Positions 56,442 through 64,000 are shown, counted from the first letter of the stretch. The stretch: 64,000 nucleotides of DNA from an uncultured Bacteroidota bacterium (GCA_937934705.1 CALGYY010000098.1:39485-103484), one strand, 5' to 3'. Notes: generated from the letters alone by a model not told the origin. Translations and numbers: made by a program.

Positions 56442-56518
56442 AGGGATGTACAAGTTTCGAACTTGTGACCTTCCCGACTTGAAGTCGGGACGCTCTGAAC
56501 CGACTGAGCTAACGTCCC
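56442..56518 (-). tRNA. tRNA-Val-derived tRNA-like gene with UCA anticodon loop (candidate opal-suppressor-type or non-canonical tRNA)
   Basis: The 5' 28 nt are identical to tRNA-Val(CAC). The anticodon arm is replaced by TCCCGA-CTTCAAG-TCGGGA (6-bp stem, loop C-U-UCA-A-G; alternatively a 7-bp stem with a 5-nt loop). T arm intact; one C5:A68 acceptor mismatch; discriminator U. Confidence 0.5.
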
Positions 56519-56520
56519 GG

Positions 56521-56605
56521 TACAGTCAGCAGTGAACAGCAAGCAGTCAGCAGTGTTTGACTGAAAACTCACTGCTGACTGATTGCTGCTTGCTCTTGAC
56601 TGCAA
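56521..56605. repeat. Imperfect inverted repeat built from 7-bp-periodic CAG-containing units, in the spacer between tRNAs
   Basis: CAGTCAG CAGTGAA CAGCAAG CAGTCAG CAGTG .. loop .. CACTGCTGACTGATTGCTGCTTGCTCTTGACTG. Confidence 0.8.
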
Positions 56606-56607
56606 GG

Positions 56608-56682
56608 TGGGAGTTAACGGATTCGAACCATTGACCCTCTGCTTGTAAGGCAGATGCTCTGAACCAGCTGAGCTAAACTCCC
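56608..56682 (-). tRNA. tRNA-Val (anticodon TAC)
   Basis: GGGAGTT-TA-GCTC..GAGC-A-TCTGC-CTTACAA-GCAGA-GGGTC-AATGG-TTCGAAT-CCGTT-AACTCCC-A. Confidence 0.9.
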
Positions 56683-56836
56683 TTTATATCTCAAATAGCC
56701 CCCTGTTGACCCTCCCGACTGCAAGTCGGGATGCTTTGAACCAGCTGAGCTAAACTCCCTTTATATCTCAATTAGCCCCCTGTTGACCCTCCCGACTGCA
56801 AGTCGGGATGCTTTGAACCAGCTGGGCTGAATTCCC
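56683..56836 (-). repeat. Two tandem 77-bp truncated tRNA-like units (tRNA-Val(TAC) 5' half plus a foreign hairpin, no T arm or 3' acceptor strand)
   Basis: Units at 56683-56759 and 56760-56836: GGGAGTTTAGCTCAGCTGGTTCAAAGCA-TCCCGACTTGCAGTCGGGA-GGGTC-AACAGGGGGCTA(T/A)TTGAGATATAAA. The upstream unit has extra D-arm/acceptor substitutions. Confidence 0.85.
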
Positions 56837-56854
56837 GTTTTTGAAACGGGACTG

Positions 56855-56862
56855 CAAATATA
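56855..56862 (-). promoter_or_regulatory. Candidate -7 promoter box (TATATTTG) of the tRNA operon
   Basis: Minus-strand TATATTTG lies 19 nt upstream of the first tRNA-like unit. Confidence 0.45.
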
Positions 56863-56963
56863 CATCATTTAGTGTTTCGGACAAATTTTGAAAAAAAAAT
56901 GAGATTCAAAATACGTATTAAACAGAAAACCACTTACTTTGTATTTCAACAACCACTTGAACC

Positions 56964-59183
56964 ATGAAAAAATCCTTACTGTTAGCCATTTTGGCTTTAT
57001 TCATTTTTTCTTTGAAAACCTATGCCCAGGGTTGTGACGACTTTGACCGAGCCAACTCAAGTACCATTAACGGATGGACAGAGCAATCGGGCGATTGGGC
57101 CATCAATAGTAACCAATTGCTATCCTCAGCTTCAGCCGGAGCAACCTATTGCACCTTCGACGGAAGCACCCTCACAGATGGCTGTGTGAACGGACGTATC
57201 ACATACAGCGGCAGCGCGGATGTAAAGTACGGAGGTCTGGTGGCACGTTATACAGGACCCAACAATACACTGCTGGCGAAAGTTCAGGACAATACAGGTA
57301 GCGGTTTTTTCGACTCCTACTGGATCTATTCCGAAGGATCCATTATCAGTTCCGGTACCGGACTAAACTTTGGAACAGATGTTAATATGCAACTTACTTT
57401 CTCAGGATTATCAATTACTTTAAGCATCGATACCGATCGCAACGGGACATGGGACTTTGTCTACAATGCAAGTTCTGTTGTCGTTACATCCGGGCTTTGC
57501 GGAACCGGAGGATATCGCGATTGCTACTTCGATGATTATTGCTGCGGGACAAGCTGTATGTCCATCAGTCCATGTGATTTCTTTGAAACAACGCCCGGAA
57601 CAAATGTACCTTACTGGACAGAATCCGCGGGCGACTGGACCATCAGTGCCGGCAGCCTTGAATCGCCTGCCGTACCGGCTTACAATTACATTATGTATAA
57701 CGGCAGTGAGCAGGCCGACGGTTGTTTAACTGCCCGTGTAACATATCTCGGCACGCCAGCCACGCGGTACGGTGGCCTTGTCGCAAGATACTCTTCACAC
57801 ACATCGAAGATCATGGCTAAAATCCAGGATAATTCAAGCTGTGGTTACTTTGATTCATATTTCATATATAATAACGATGGTTTTTCCCATTATGGAACGA
57901 GCTTAAACTTCGGAACCGATGCCGATATCCAGATGGAATATGTCGGCACCACCGTGATATTCAGAGTGGATACCGACAGAAACGGAATCTGGGACTTTTC
58001 TGATACTGCGGTTGTGACGACTACGGGCTCTGGTTCAAGCGGACTGACGGGATATATGGATTGCCGCTTCGACGATTTCTGTTACGGTGATCAGTGCCTG
58101 AATGAGGATTCATGCGAGGCCTTCAACTTTCCCTCTTCCACTAACGTTCCGGGATGGACAGAGCGGGTGGGCGACTGGGCCATCAGCAATGACCAGCTGG
58201 TCGTGCCGCCTTCAGCCCAGTGGAACTATATAACACGCGATAGCGACCCGATGACCGATGCCTGTATTACCGCCCGCATGATTTATACAGGATCACCTTC
58301 AGTCAGGTTTGCTGGTTTGATCGGGCGATTTAACGGCCCCATGGATTATGTGATGGTTAAAATCCAGGACAACGGACCTTCCGGACATTGGAATACGATA
58401 TATCTGAATAATAATTCAACCAATATCATCAGCTTCTCCGGGAATTACGGGAATGATGCAGACCTGCAGATGATGTTCATCGGTGACAGTCTTGTCGCAA
58501 AGGTCGACACCAATCGTGACGGGAACTGGGATTATATCTACGGAACCAATGTCATTACCATGGGTGCCGGTTTTTGCGGAGCCAGCGGTTACTACTCTGC
58601 GCTGATCGACGACTGGTGCCTGGATACCACCTGCTGTTTCCTGCCGGCCGCGGCGGACAGCATCATGGGGTTTGATCTGGTTTGCCAGGGGCAGAGCGGC
58701 GTGACCTACAGCATTCCGGCCATCTACAACGCCACTTCCTATACATGGACCTACAGCGGAACAGGCGCAACGCTGACGCCTTCCGGAAATAACCTGTCGG
58801 TAAACTTCTCAGCAGGAGCTACCCCTGGTTTCCTTTCGGTCAATGGTGTAAATAGCTGTGGTGACGGACTTCCCTTTGTCCTGCCGGTGCTTGTGGATCC
58901 CTGCACAGGAATCCGTGAAAGTGCGAATTCATGGAATATGCAGGTCATCCCAAACCCGGGTGACGGGATGTTTTTCTTGATGACAGAAGCTCCGGAAGCA
59001 GAGGATGCGGAACTGACCGTGACCAGCCTTACCGGGAACATCCTGTACCAAGAAACCCTGATGCTGCAGAGTGGCGCCAACAAAACACCGGTCGACCTCA
59101 GCAGCCTGCCCAACGGAATGTATTTACTATGCCTGAAGAGCAGCAGTGGCAATATGGTCCGTTCACTGCTTATTGCACGTTAG
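56964..59183 (+). CDS. Secreted protein with three ~175-aa internal repeats, a PKD-like module and a T9SS C-terminal sorting domain
   Basis: Signal peptide. Repeats each contain GWTE..GDW.I, YGGLVARY, K(V/I)QDN, DTDRNG.WD, FDD.C. C-terminus VIPNPGDGMFFL..GMYLLCLK..LLIAR. Confidence 0.8.
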   Translation: MKKSLLLAILALFIFSLKTYAQGCDDFDRANSSTINGWTEQSGDWAINSNQLLSSASAGATYCTFDGSTLTDGCVNGRITYSGSADVKYGGLVARYTGPNNTLLAKVQDNTGSGFFDSYWIYSEGSIISSGTGLNFGTDVNMQLTFSGLSITLSIDTDRNGTWDFVYNASSVVVTSGLCGTGGYRDCYFDDYCCGTSCMSISPCDFFETTPGTNVPYWTESAGDWTISAGSLESPAVPAYNYIMYNGSEQADGCLTARVTYLGTPATRYGGLVARYSSHTSKIMAKIQDNSSCGYFDSYFIYNNDGFSHYGTSLNFGTDADIQMEYVGTTVIFRVDTDRNGIWDFSDTAVVTTTGSGSSGLTGYMDCRFDDFCYGDQCLNEDSCEAFNFPSSTNVPGWTERVGDWAISNDQLVVPPSAQWNYITRDSDPMTDACITARMIYTGSPSVRFAGLIGRFNGPMDYVMVKIQDNGPSGHWNTIYLNNNSTNIISFSGNYGNDADLQMMFIGDSLVAKVDTNRDGNWDYIYGTNVITMGAGFCGASGYYSALIDDWCLDTTCCFLPAAADSIMGFDLVCQGQSGVTYSIPAIYNATSYTWTYSGTGATLTPSGNNLSVNFSAGATPGFLSVNGVNSCGDGLPFVLPVLVDPCTGIRESANSWNMQVIPNPGDGMFFLMTEAPEAEDAELTVTSLTGNILYQETLMLQSGANKTPVDLSSLPNGMYLLCLKSSSGNMVRSLLIAR

Positions 59184-59205
59184 GGATCAGAATGCGTGTG
59201 TGCTG

Positions 59206-59904
59206 TTAAAGGCCTTTGACCTTTGGCTGACCGGCAATAAAATCTTTCAGATAGAAAGGTTCGAAATACGCCACGTCCTCAAAACGACTCTCCTGAAAGG
59301 CTTTTTCTGCCTCAACGGCCATATGAACAGAGGAGGGCAGCGTGAGCCCGCTGAGCAGACTGGCGTCTTCACCGAAGAACGGCAGGCTTTTTTCCGCACC
59401 GTCACCGGCGAGCAAAAGATGATGGCTTTTGCGGTATTGCTGTAAACTCTGATCCGTAATAATCTCAGCACGAGGAGGCTCCAGCTCTTTCAGATCAGTA
59501 CCATACACGGCGGTATACACTTCCATTCTCCGTGCATCGATCATAGGAACAAAAAGCGCGGGCATAAAGGATTCCGGAAGTGGTCCGGCTGACATACCAC
59601 AGGCAATGGTCAATAAAGTACTGACCGAGATCAGTGGTTTCTCCAGGGCGAAGCATAATCCCTTGGCCGTCGAAACACCGATCCTTAAGCCTGTATAGGA
59701 GCCCGGACCTTTTGATACGGCAACCGCATCCAGATCATGCAGGCTGAGCCCCGCTTCATCAAACAGTTCACGGATGTAAGTTGTCAGTAATGCAGAATGG
59801 GAATTCTGTGCCGTCGTCTCCCGCAGTGACAACACTTTCCCGTTATGGATCAACGCAGCGGAACAGACCCTGGTAGCGGTTTCAAGACACAAGATCATGG
59901 CCAT
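59206..59904 (-). CDS. tsaB: tRNA threonylcarbamoyladenosine biosynthesis protein TsaB
   Basis: ILCLETATRVCSAAL..LDAVAVSKGPGSYTGLRIGVSTAKGLCFAL. Confidence 0.85.
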   Translation of the reverse strand: MAMILCLETATRVCSAALIHNGKVLSLRETTAQNSHSALLTTYIRELFDEAGLSLHDLDAVAVSKGPGSYTGLRIGVSTAKGLCFALEKPLISVSTLLTIACGMSAGPLPESFMPALFVPMIDARRMEVYTAVYGTDLKELEPPRAEIITDQSLQQYRKSHHLLLAGDGAEKSLPFFGEDASLLSGLTLPSSVHMAVEAEKAFQESRFEDVAYFEPFYLKDFIAGQPKVKGL

Positions 59905-59908
59905 GAAC

Positions 59909-61288
59909 CTATTCGGTCTTTTCGTTGAACAGCTCTTTTTTGTCCACCTTGCTCACCTTCATCCCGTCCTTCAGTTTACGGGTGATGGCCGTATAGGGAG
60001 CCGAAACGACTTCATCACCTTCTTTTAAACCTTCAAGGATTTGTATATAGGTGTTGTCCTGTATGCCCGATTTCACCTTACGCATTTCAACTTTTCCGTC
60101 ATGATAAACAAACACATATTCAACCAGATCTGCCGAAGCCTTTTCATCCTTTAATACCACCACTTCCATGTCTCCTTCCTGCCTGACCTGCCCCTCCGCT
60201 TCTTTCTTTTTCTCCTTCTTTTTCAGGGTGTCTTCCCGGGTGGTGACCGATTGTATGGGGACAGACAGCACCTCATATTGTGTTTCCGTTTGAATATCTA
60301 CCGTAGCCGACATACCCGGCCGGAAAGGGGAAAGATTGGGTTTGTCTTCCGGGATCAGGTCTTCATATGAATCACGAAGGATCCTGATTTTTACGTCGAA
60401 GTTGGTCACCTGGTCGGTAGTCAGACCGCTGACACTCGCTGAATTGGCAATTTCCGTAACTATCCCCTTGAACTTGCGGTTCAGGTAAGCATCCACCTCC
60501 ACCAGTGCGGTATCTCCCAGGTTCACCCGTACAATATCGTTTTCATTCACACTTACACTCACTTCCATCTCGCTCAGGTTAGCAATACGCATGATCTCAG
60601 TTCCGGCAAACTGCGAAGTTCCCACAACCCTTTCACCTTTCTCAATACTCAGACTTGAGATGGTCCCGTCGACCGGAGCAAAAATGCTGGTCTTCTTCAG
60701 GTTGTCACTGGCTTCTTTGACAGATGCCTGATAACTCGAAACAGTGTATTGCGCAGCCCTGAATGATTCCTCCGCTGCTGATACCTCTTCCCTGGCCACA
60801 TCATATGCGGCTTTGGCAGCATCATACTCCGATTGAGAAATCACATTTTCCTTATACAAGGTCTCATTCCTTCTGAAGGTGGCTTCAGCATTAATGAATT
60901 GGGCGCGGACCTGCGCCAGACGGGCCTTGGCATTCGACTGGCTGGCCTTCTGGGCATTGAGCGTGGCTACCATACGGTCCAGATTGGAAACATATATATC
61001 AGGGTTGATCTTTGCCAGCAAATCACCCTTTTTCACTTTATCACCTTCTTTGACGTACAGTTCAACCACCTCACCCGAGACATCCGGTGATATCTTGACT
61101 TCCACCTCAGGCTGTATCTTCCCGCTGGCAGAGACCGTTTCAATAATGGTCCGCTTCTCCGTTTTCTCAACGGCGATCTTTTCTGTTTTACTTTCACCGA
61201 TCCATCCCATTTTTTTGGCCACAGCCAGCAGGATGATCAGGGCAAGTCCTGCAATGATAGATATACGGATGATTTTCTTACGTTTCAT
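59909..61288 (-). CDS. Efflux transporter periplasmic adaptor (HlyD/MacA-like membrane fusion protein)
   Basis: N-terminal TM, lipoyl-like GKIQPEVEVKISPDVSGEVVELYVKEGDKVKKGDLLAKI, coiled coil, beta-barrel. Confidence 0.8.
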   Translation of the reverse strand: MKRKKIIRISIIAGLALIILLAVAKKMGWIGESKTEKIAVEKTEKRTIIETVSASGKIQPEVEVKISPDVSGEVVELYVKEGDKVKKGDLLAKINPDIYVSNLDRMVATLNAQKASQSNAKARLAQVRAQFINAEATFRRNETLYKENVISQSEYDAAKAAYDVAREEVSAAEESFRAAQYTVSSYQASVKEASDNLKKTSIFAPVDGTISSLSIEKGERVVGTSQFAGTEIMRIANLSEMEVSVSVNENDIVRVNLGDTALVEVDAYLNRKFKGIVTEIANSASVSGLTTDQVTNFDVKIRILRDSYEDLIPEDKPNLSPFRPGMSATVDIQTETQYEVLSVPIQSVTTREDTLKKKEKKKEAEGQVRQEGDMEVVVLKDEKASADLVEYVFVYHDGKVEMRKVKSGIQDNTYIQILEGLKEGDEVVSAPYTAITRKLKDGMKVSKVDKKELFNEKTE

Positions 61289-61307
61289 TTATACTGATTT
61301 TGAATAC

Positions 61308-62771
61308 TTAATTCAGATTTAATGGTTTTCCCTGGTAAAAATCGAGGACCTTCACCCGGAAAACAAATTCATAACGGGACTGCAACAGATCCGATTTGGC
61401 CTTGGCCAGCTTGGTGCTGGCATCATTGTAATCGATGGCATTCAGCAAACCTACGTCATACTTCTGCTTGGTATAAACGAAGGCCTCCTGGTATGCATCC
61501 ACACTTTTCAGAGCCGCATTGTAACGTTCAAGAGCCGCCAATGCATCTGCATGCGCCTGTTGTATGGTTTTGTTCAGGTTGCTGGCCGTGGTCTGATAAT
61601 TCAGCTCGGCCATTTTGTATTGAATTTTTGCAGAGCTGATCCCTGTCTGGACCTGCCAGCGGTTAAAGATGGGAACATTCAGATAGAGCCCGAACGACTT
61701 GTTCTGGTTGTCGCTGATCTGGTCACCAAATGATTTCACGCTATATGTGTAATTGAATGAAGGCCCGTAAACCTCCTCCAGTGAGGGATAAGTGTACCCG
61801 ATCAGAACCGGATCCCCGGGTGTGACCGATGCCTCTTTGCTGGCACCTGAATAACCTGTACCCCAGCTTCCGCTGAGAGACAGGGTCGGACTCAGTGCAC
61901 CGTAAGCCATATTGACTCCCTTTTTCGCACTTGTGATCCTCAGATTGGCCGCTTTTATGGCGGGCTGGGTTTCCAGTGATTTGTTGTAAACTTCCTGAGG
62001 ACTGACCAAAAGTGCTGAAGCCTCAGGCATAACGAGTGCTGGTTTTACAATTTCAAATCCTTCTGCAGAAGGCAAATCCAGCATCTGGACCAGTGTGAGG
62101 TACGATAGTTTCAACTGGTTACGGGCATTAACCACGCTCATTTCTTCCCCGGCCTGCTGGGCCTCCAGCGTCAGCAAACTGCCTTTGGTGACCGTTTCAG
62201 CCGCCAGCAGTTTTTTCATCCTCTCCACCTGCTGTTGCGTCAGTTCAAGCTGGGATTCGGCAACCGCCAGAACTTCTATGTTGTAAAGGATCTGAAGATA
62301 TGCCGTGGCCAGTGTCAGCGCAATGTCGTTCTTCATCTGCTCGAGATCATACCTGCTGGCCAGAAAGTCTGTCCTTTTCTGCATCAGGTTGTTCAGCATC
62401 TGTAAACCACTGAAAAGGACAACATTGGAACTCACCGCGAAATTGTTGGACTGCACACGGTTGGAGGCAAATTCATTGGTATATAGATCAAGCGTTTGCC
62501 CATAATTGTATACATGTGTTGCCGTACCATTGATGTTCGGAAAAAGATTGGCGATACTCTGATCATACTGCAGTTTCGATAACTGGGTGGATAACTGCTG
62601 CTGCTTGACCTGCAGGTTGTTGTCCCAGGCATATTGAATGCAATCCTCAAGACTCCATACCCGTGGAGCATCCGTCTGGGCCATCAGAAAACAGGGCGCC
62701 GCTGCGAGCATAATCAGGCACCACAGGCGCTTCAGGGATGGCAGGTAAATGCCTGTCTGTTTACTGTTCAT
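61308..62771 (-). CDS. TolC-family outer membrane protein
   Basis: ORF 61308-62795, likely ATG at 62771; two-repeat TolC architecture, ends ..KVLDFYQGKPLNLN. Confidence 0.8.
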   Translation of the reverse strand: MNSKQTGIYLPSLKRLWCLIMLAAAPCFLMAQTDAPRVWSLEDCIQYAWDNNLQVKQQQLSTQLSKLQYDQSIANLFPNINGTATHVYNYGQTLDLYTNEFASNRVQSNNFAVSSNVVLFSGLQMLNNLMQKRTDFLASRYDLEQMKNDIALTLATAYLQILYNIEVLAVAESQLELTQQQVERMKKLLAAETVTKGSLLTLEAQQAGEEMSVVNARNQLKLSYLTLVQMLDLPSAEGFEIVKPALVMPEASALLVSPQEVYNKSLETQPAIKAANLRITSAKKGVNMAYGALSPTLSLSGSWGTGYSGASKEASVTPGDPVLIGYTYPSLEEVYGPSFNYTYSVKSFGDQISDNQNKSFGLYLNVPIFNRWQVQTGISSAKIQYKMAELNYQTTASNLNKTIQQAHADALAALERYNAALKSVDAYQEAFVYTKQKYDVGLLNAIDYNDASTKLAKAKSDLLQSRYEFVFRVKVLDFYQGKPLNLN

Positions 62772-62925
62772 ATTGAGATTATCTTTTTTGATCAAATCAA
62801 CGCCAACGCCCGTTTTTTGTTGTTCTGTCAGTGAATCACAGGCTAATGCGCACCAAAATTACGTTTTCCTCGCGTATGAAAGTCCTTTTAAGAAAAACTT
62901 ATCACTTTCCTTCGTGTGATTTTGC

Positions 62926-62933
62926 TATTTTTG
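62926..62933 (+). promoter_or_regulatory. Candidate -7 promoter box (TATTTTTG)
   Basis: Plus-strand TATTTTTG lies 41 nt upstream of the ATG at 62974. Confidence 0.35.
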
Positions 62934-62973
62934 TATGATATCGAAGCTTGTTAAACAAACATCATTACCCCTT

Positions 62974-64000
62974 ATGACCTTTTTCCGCTTCTCCTTTCCG
63001 CTTCTGATTTTTATTTCAGTCTTGTTTGCAGCACAGGATGCGTCTGCTCAAAATCCATTGAACAAGGCTGAGATCAGCGACAGCATAGATGTGCTCCATT
63101 ATGATATAAACCTCAGAATGGTGAACCTTTCCACCCATTCTGTCAGCGGCTATACCGAGCTCCGCGTGGTTTCCAAAGTCAGCAATCTTGCACTTTTCCG
63201 GCTCTGGCTTCAGCAACTGGAGGTGGACTCTGTTCTGATCAACGGAAGCCCGGCCGCATCATTCAGTTACAACGACACCCTCATCAGTATCGCACCAACG
63301 ACCGCCTTTTCTTCCGGAGATACGTTCATCACAAGGGTATACTATCACGGATATCCTGTTACAGATCCTTCAGGCTGGGGGGGCTTCTACTTTTCTGCCG
63401 ACAGCAATTTCGCCTATAATCTGGGGGTTGGTTTCGAAAGCGTTCCTCACAACTATGGTCGTGTATGGTTTCCCTGCATCGATGACTTCGTCGACAGGGC
63501 AACTTATGATATCCATATCACCACAAAAGATGATCGTATGGCCGTATGCGGCGGACTTTTGATCTCAGGAACTGACCATGGCGACGGCACCAAAACATGG
63601 CACTGGAGAATGCTCACGAGCATTCCGACCTATCTGGCCTCTGTCGCAGTGGGGAAGTACGTACCTGTGACGGGTACTTTCAACGGCATGGCCGGAAACA
63701 TCCCCACCGCCATATATGTCAGGGCCGGCGACACCACCAATGCAAAGAATACATTCATTCATCTGAACGACATGCTGACCGCATTTGAACAGCGCTTCGG
63801 GCCTTACCGCTTCGAAAGGGTGGGCTACGTGGGCGTCCCCTTTAACAGCGGGGCCATGGAACATGCCACCAATATTGCTTACCCACTCGCGGTGATCAAT
63901 GGCTCAACAGCCTATGATGACCTGATGTCGCACGAATTGTCGCACATGTGGTTTGGTGATGCCGTAACCTGTGCCACTGCGGAGGATATGTGGATCAACG
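62974..64000 (+). CDS. M1 family metallo-aminopeptidase, N-terminal 342 codons; continues past window end
   Basis: Absent from ORF track (no stop in window). Signal peptide MTFFRFSFPLLIFISVLFAAQDASA, GAMEH exopeptidase motif and HELSHMWFGD (HExxH). Frame checked open to base 64000. Confidence 0.85.
   Translation, partial: MTFFRFSFPLLIFISVLFAAQDASAQNPLNKAEISDSIDVLHYDINLRMVNLSTHSVSGYTELRVVSKVSNLALFRLWLQQLEVDSVLINGSPAASFSYNDTLISIAPTTAFSSGDTFITRVYYHGYPVTDPSGWGGFYFSADSNFAYNLGVGFESVPHNYGRVWFPCIDDFVDRATYDIHITTKDDRMAVCGGLLISGTDHGDGTKTWHWRMLTSIPTYLASVAVGKYVPVTGTFNGMAGNIPTAIYVRAGDTTNAKNTFIHLNDMLTAFEQRFGPYRFERVGYVGVPFNSGAMEHATNIAYPLAVINGSTAYDDLMSHELSHMWFGDAVTCATAEDMWIN

Noticed and set aside
56442-56518. 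Selenocysteine tRNA interpretation of the UCA unit
   Set aside because: It has a 7-bp acceptor stem, a normal 4-bp D stem and a 5-nt variable region, and it is a near copy of tRNA-Val. Bacterial tRNA-Sec has an 8-bp acceptor stem and a long extra arm. No sel genes are visible here.
55985-56605. Minus-strand ORFs of 100, 76 and 93 aa
   Set aside because: They run through the terminator, two tRNA genes and the heptad hairpin, and have no protein-like features.
63016-63864. Three short ORFs near the window end
   Set aside because: All overlap the uninterrupted M1 aminopeptidase frame that starts at 62974 (GAMEH and HELSH motifs).
1-64000. Genome-wide UGA reassignment (code 4 or 25) suggested by the UCA tRNA
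   Set aside because: Many well-conserved genes in the window end at TGA at their expected lengths (dut, the rSAM gene, an ABC ATPase). I found no conserved gene that needs TGA read-through.

Overview
The window looks like a Bacteroidota chromosomal segment. The evidence is four proteins with T9SS Por-type C-terminal sorting domains, two with gliding/CHU_C-type C-terminal domains, DUF4271, DUF4292 and FISUMP families, and recurring TAnnTTTG -7 promoter boxes. All domain calls come from reading motifs by eye; no searches or computations were run.

Most of the window is housekeeping: rsmI, tcdA, yidD-rnpA, a hemD-like gene, mrdA-rodA, dut, tsaB, an S41 protease, a TetR-TolC-HlyD-ABC efflux operon, and the conserved TPR-DUF4292-M23 cluster. 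Two genes run off the window edges and are missing from the ORF track: an SRAP/YedK-type peptidase (1-543, minus strand, GTG start) and an M1 aminopeptidase (62974 to the window end, plus strand).

Accessory or unusual content:
1. The best candidate for an undescribed system is a five-gene minus-strand island next to tRNA-Gln (14877-20578). It holds two diverged copies of a tightly coupled pair, a MazG-like NTP pyrophosphohydrolase plus a DUF2075-type nuclease-helicase, with an HNH nuclease between them.
2. A four-helix-bundle (23S rRNA IVS protein / Avd-like) gene is bracketed by inverted arrays of a 9-bp tandem repeat (13824-14572).
3. An odd tRNA operon (56329-56862) has two tRNA-Val genes, a Val-derived tRNA with a UCA anticodon loop, and two tandem 77-bp truncated tRNA 5'-half units that carry the same hairpin stem.
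4. A copy of the tRNA 3' end plus its terminator lies 1.75 kb away. Together the two copies bracket an AAA/DUF4143 ATPase gene, and a decayed fragment of a paralogous ATPase gene lies nearby.
5. A radical SAM/SPASM maturase sits in an apparent operon with a lipoprotein, a small membrane protein and an ECF sigma/anti-sigma pair, upstream of two paralogous giant adhesins. No obvious precursor peptide is present.
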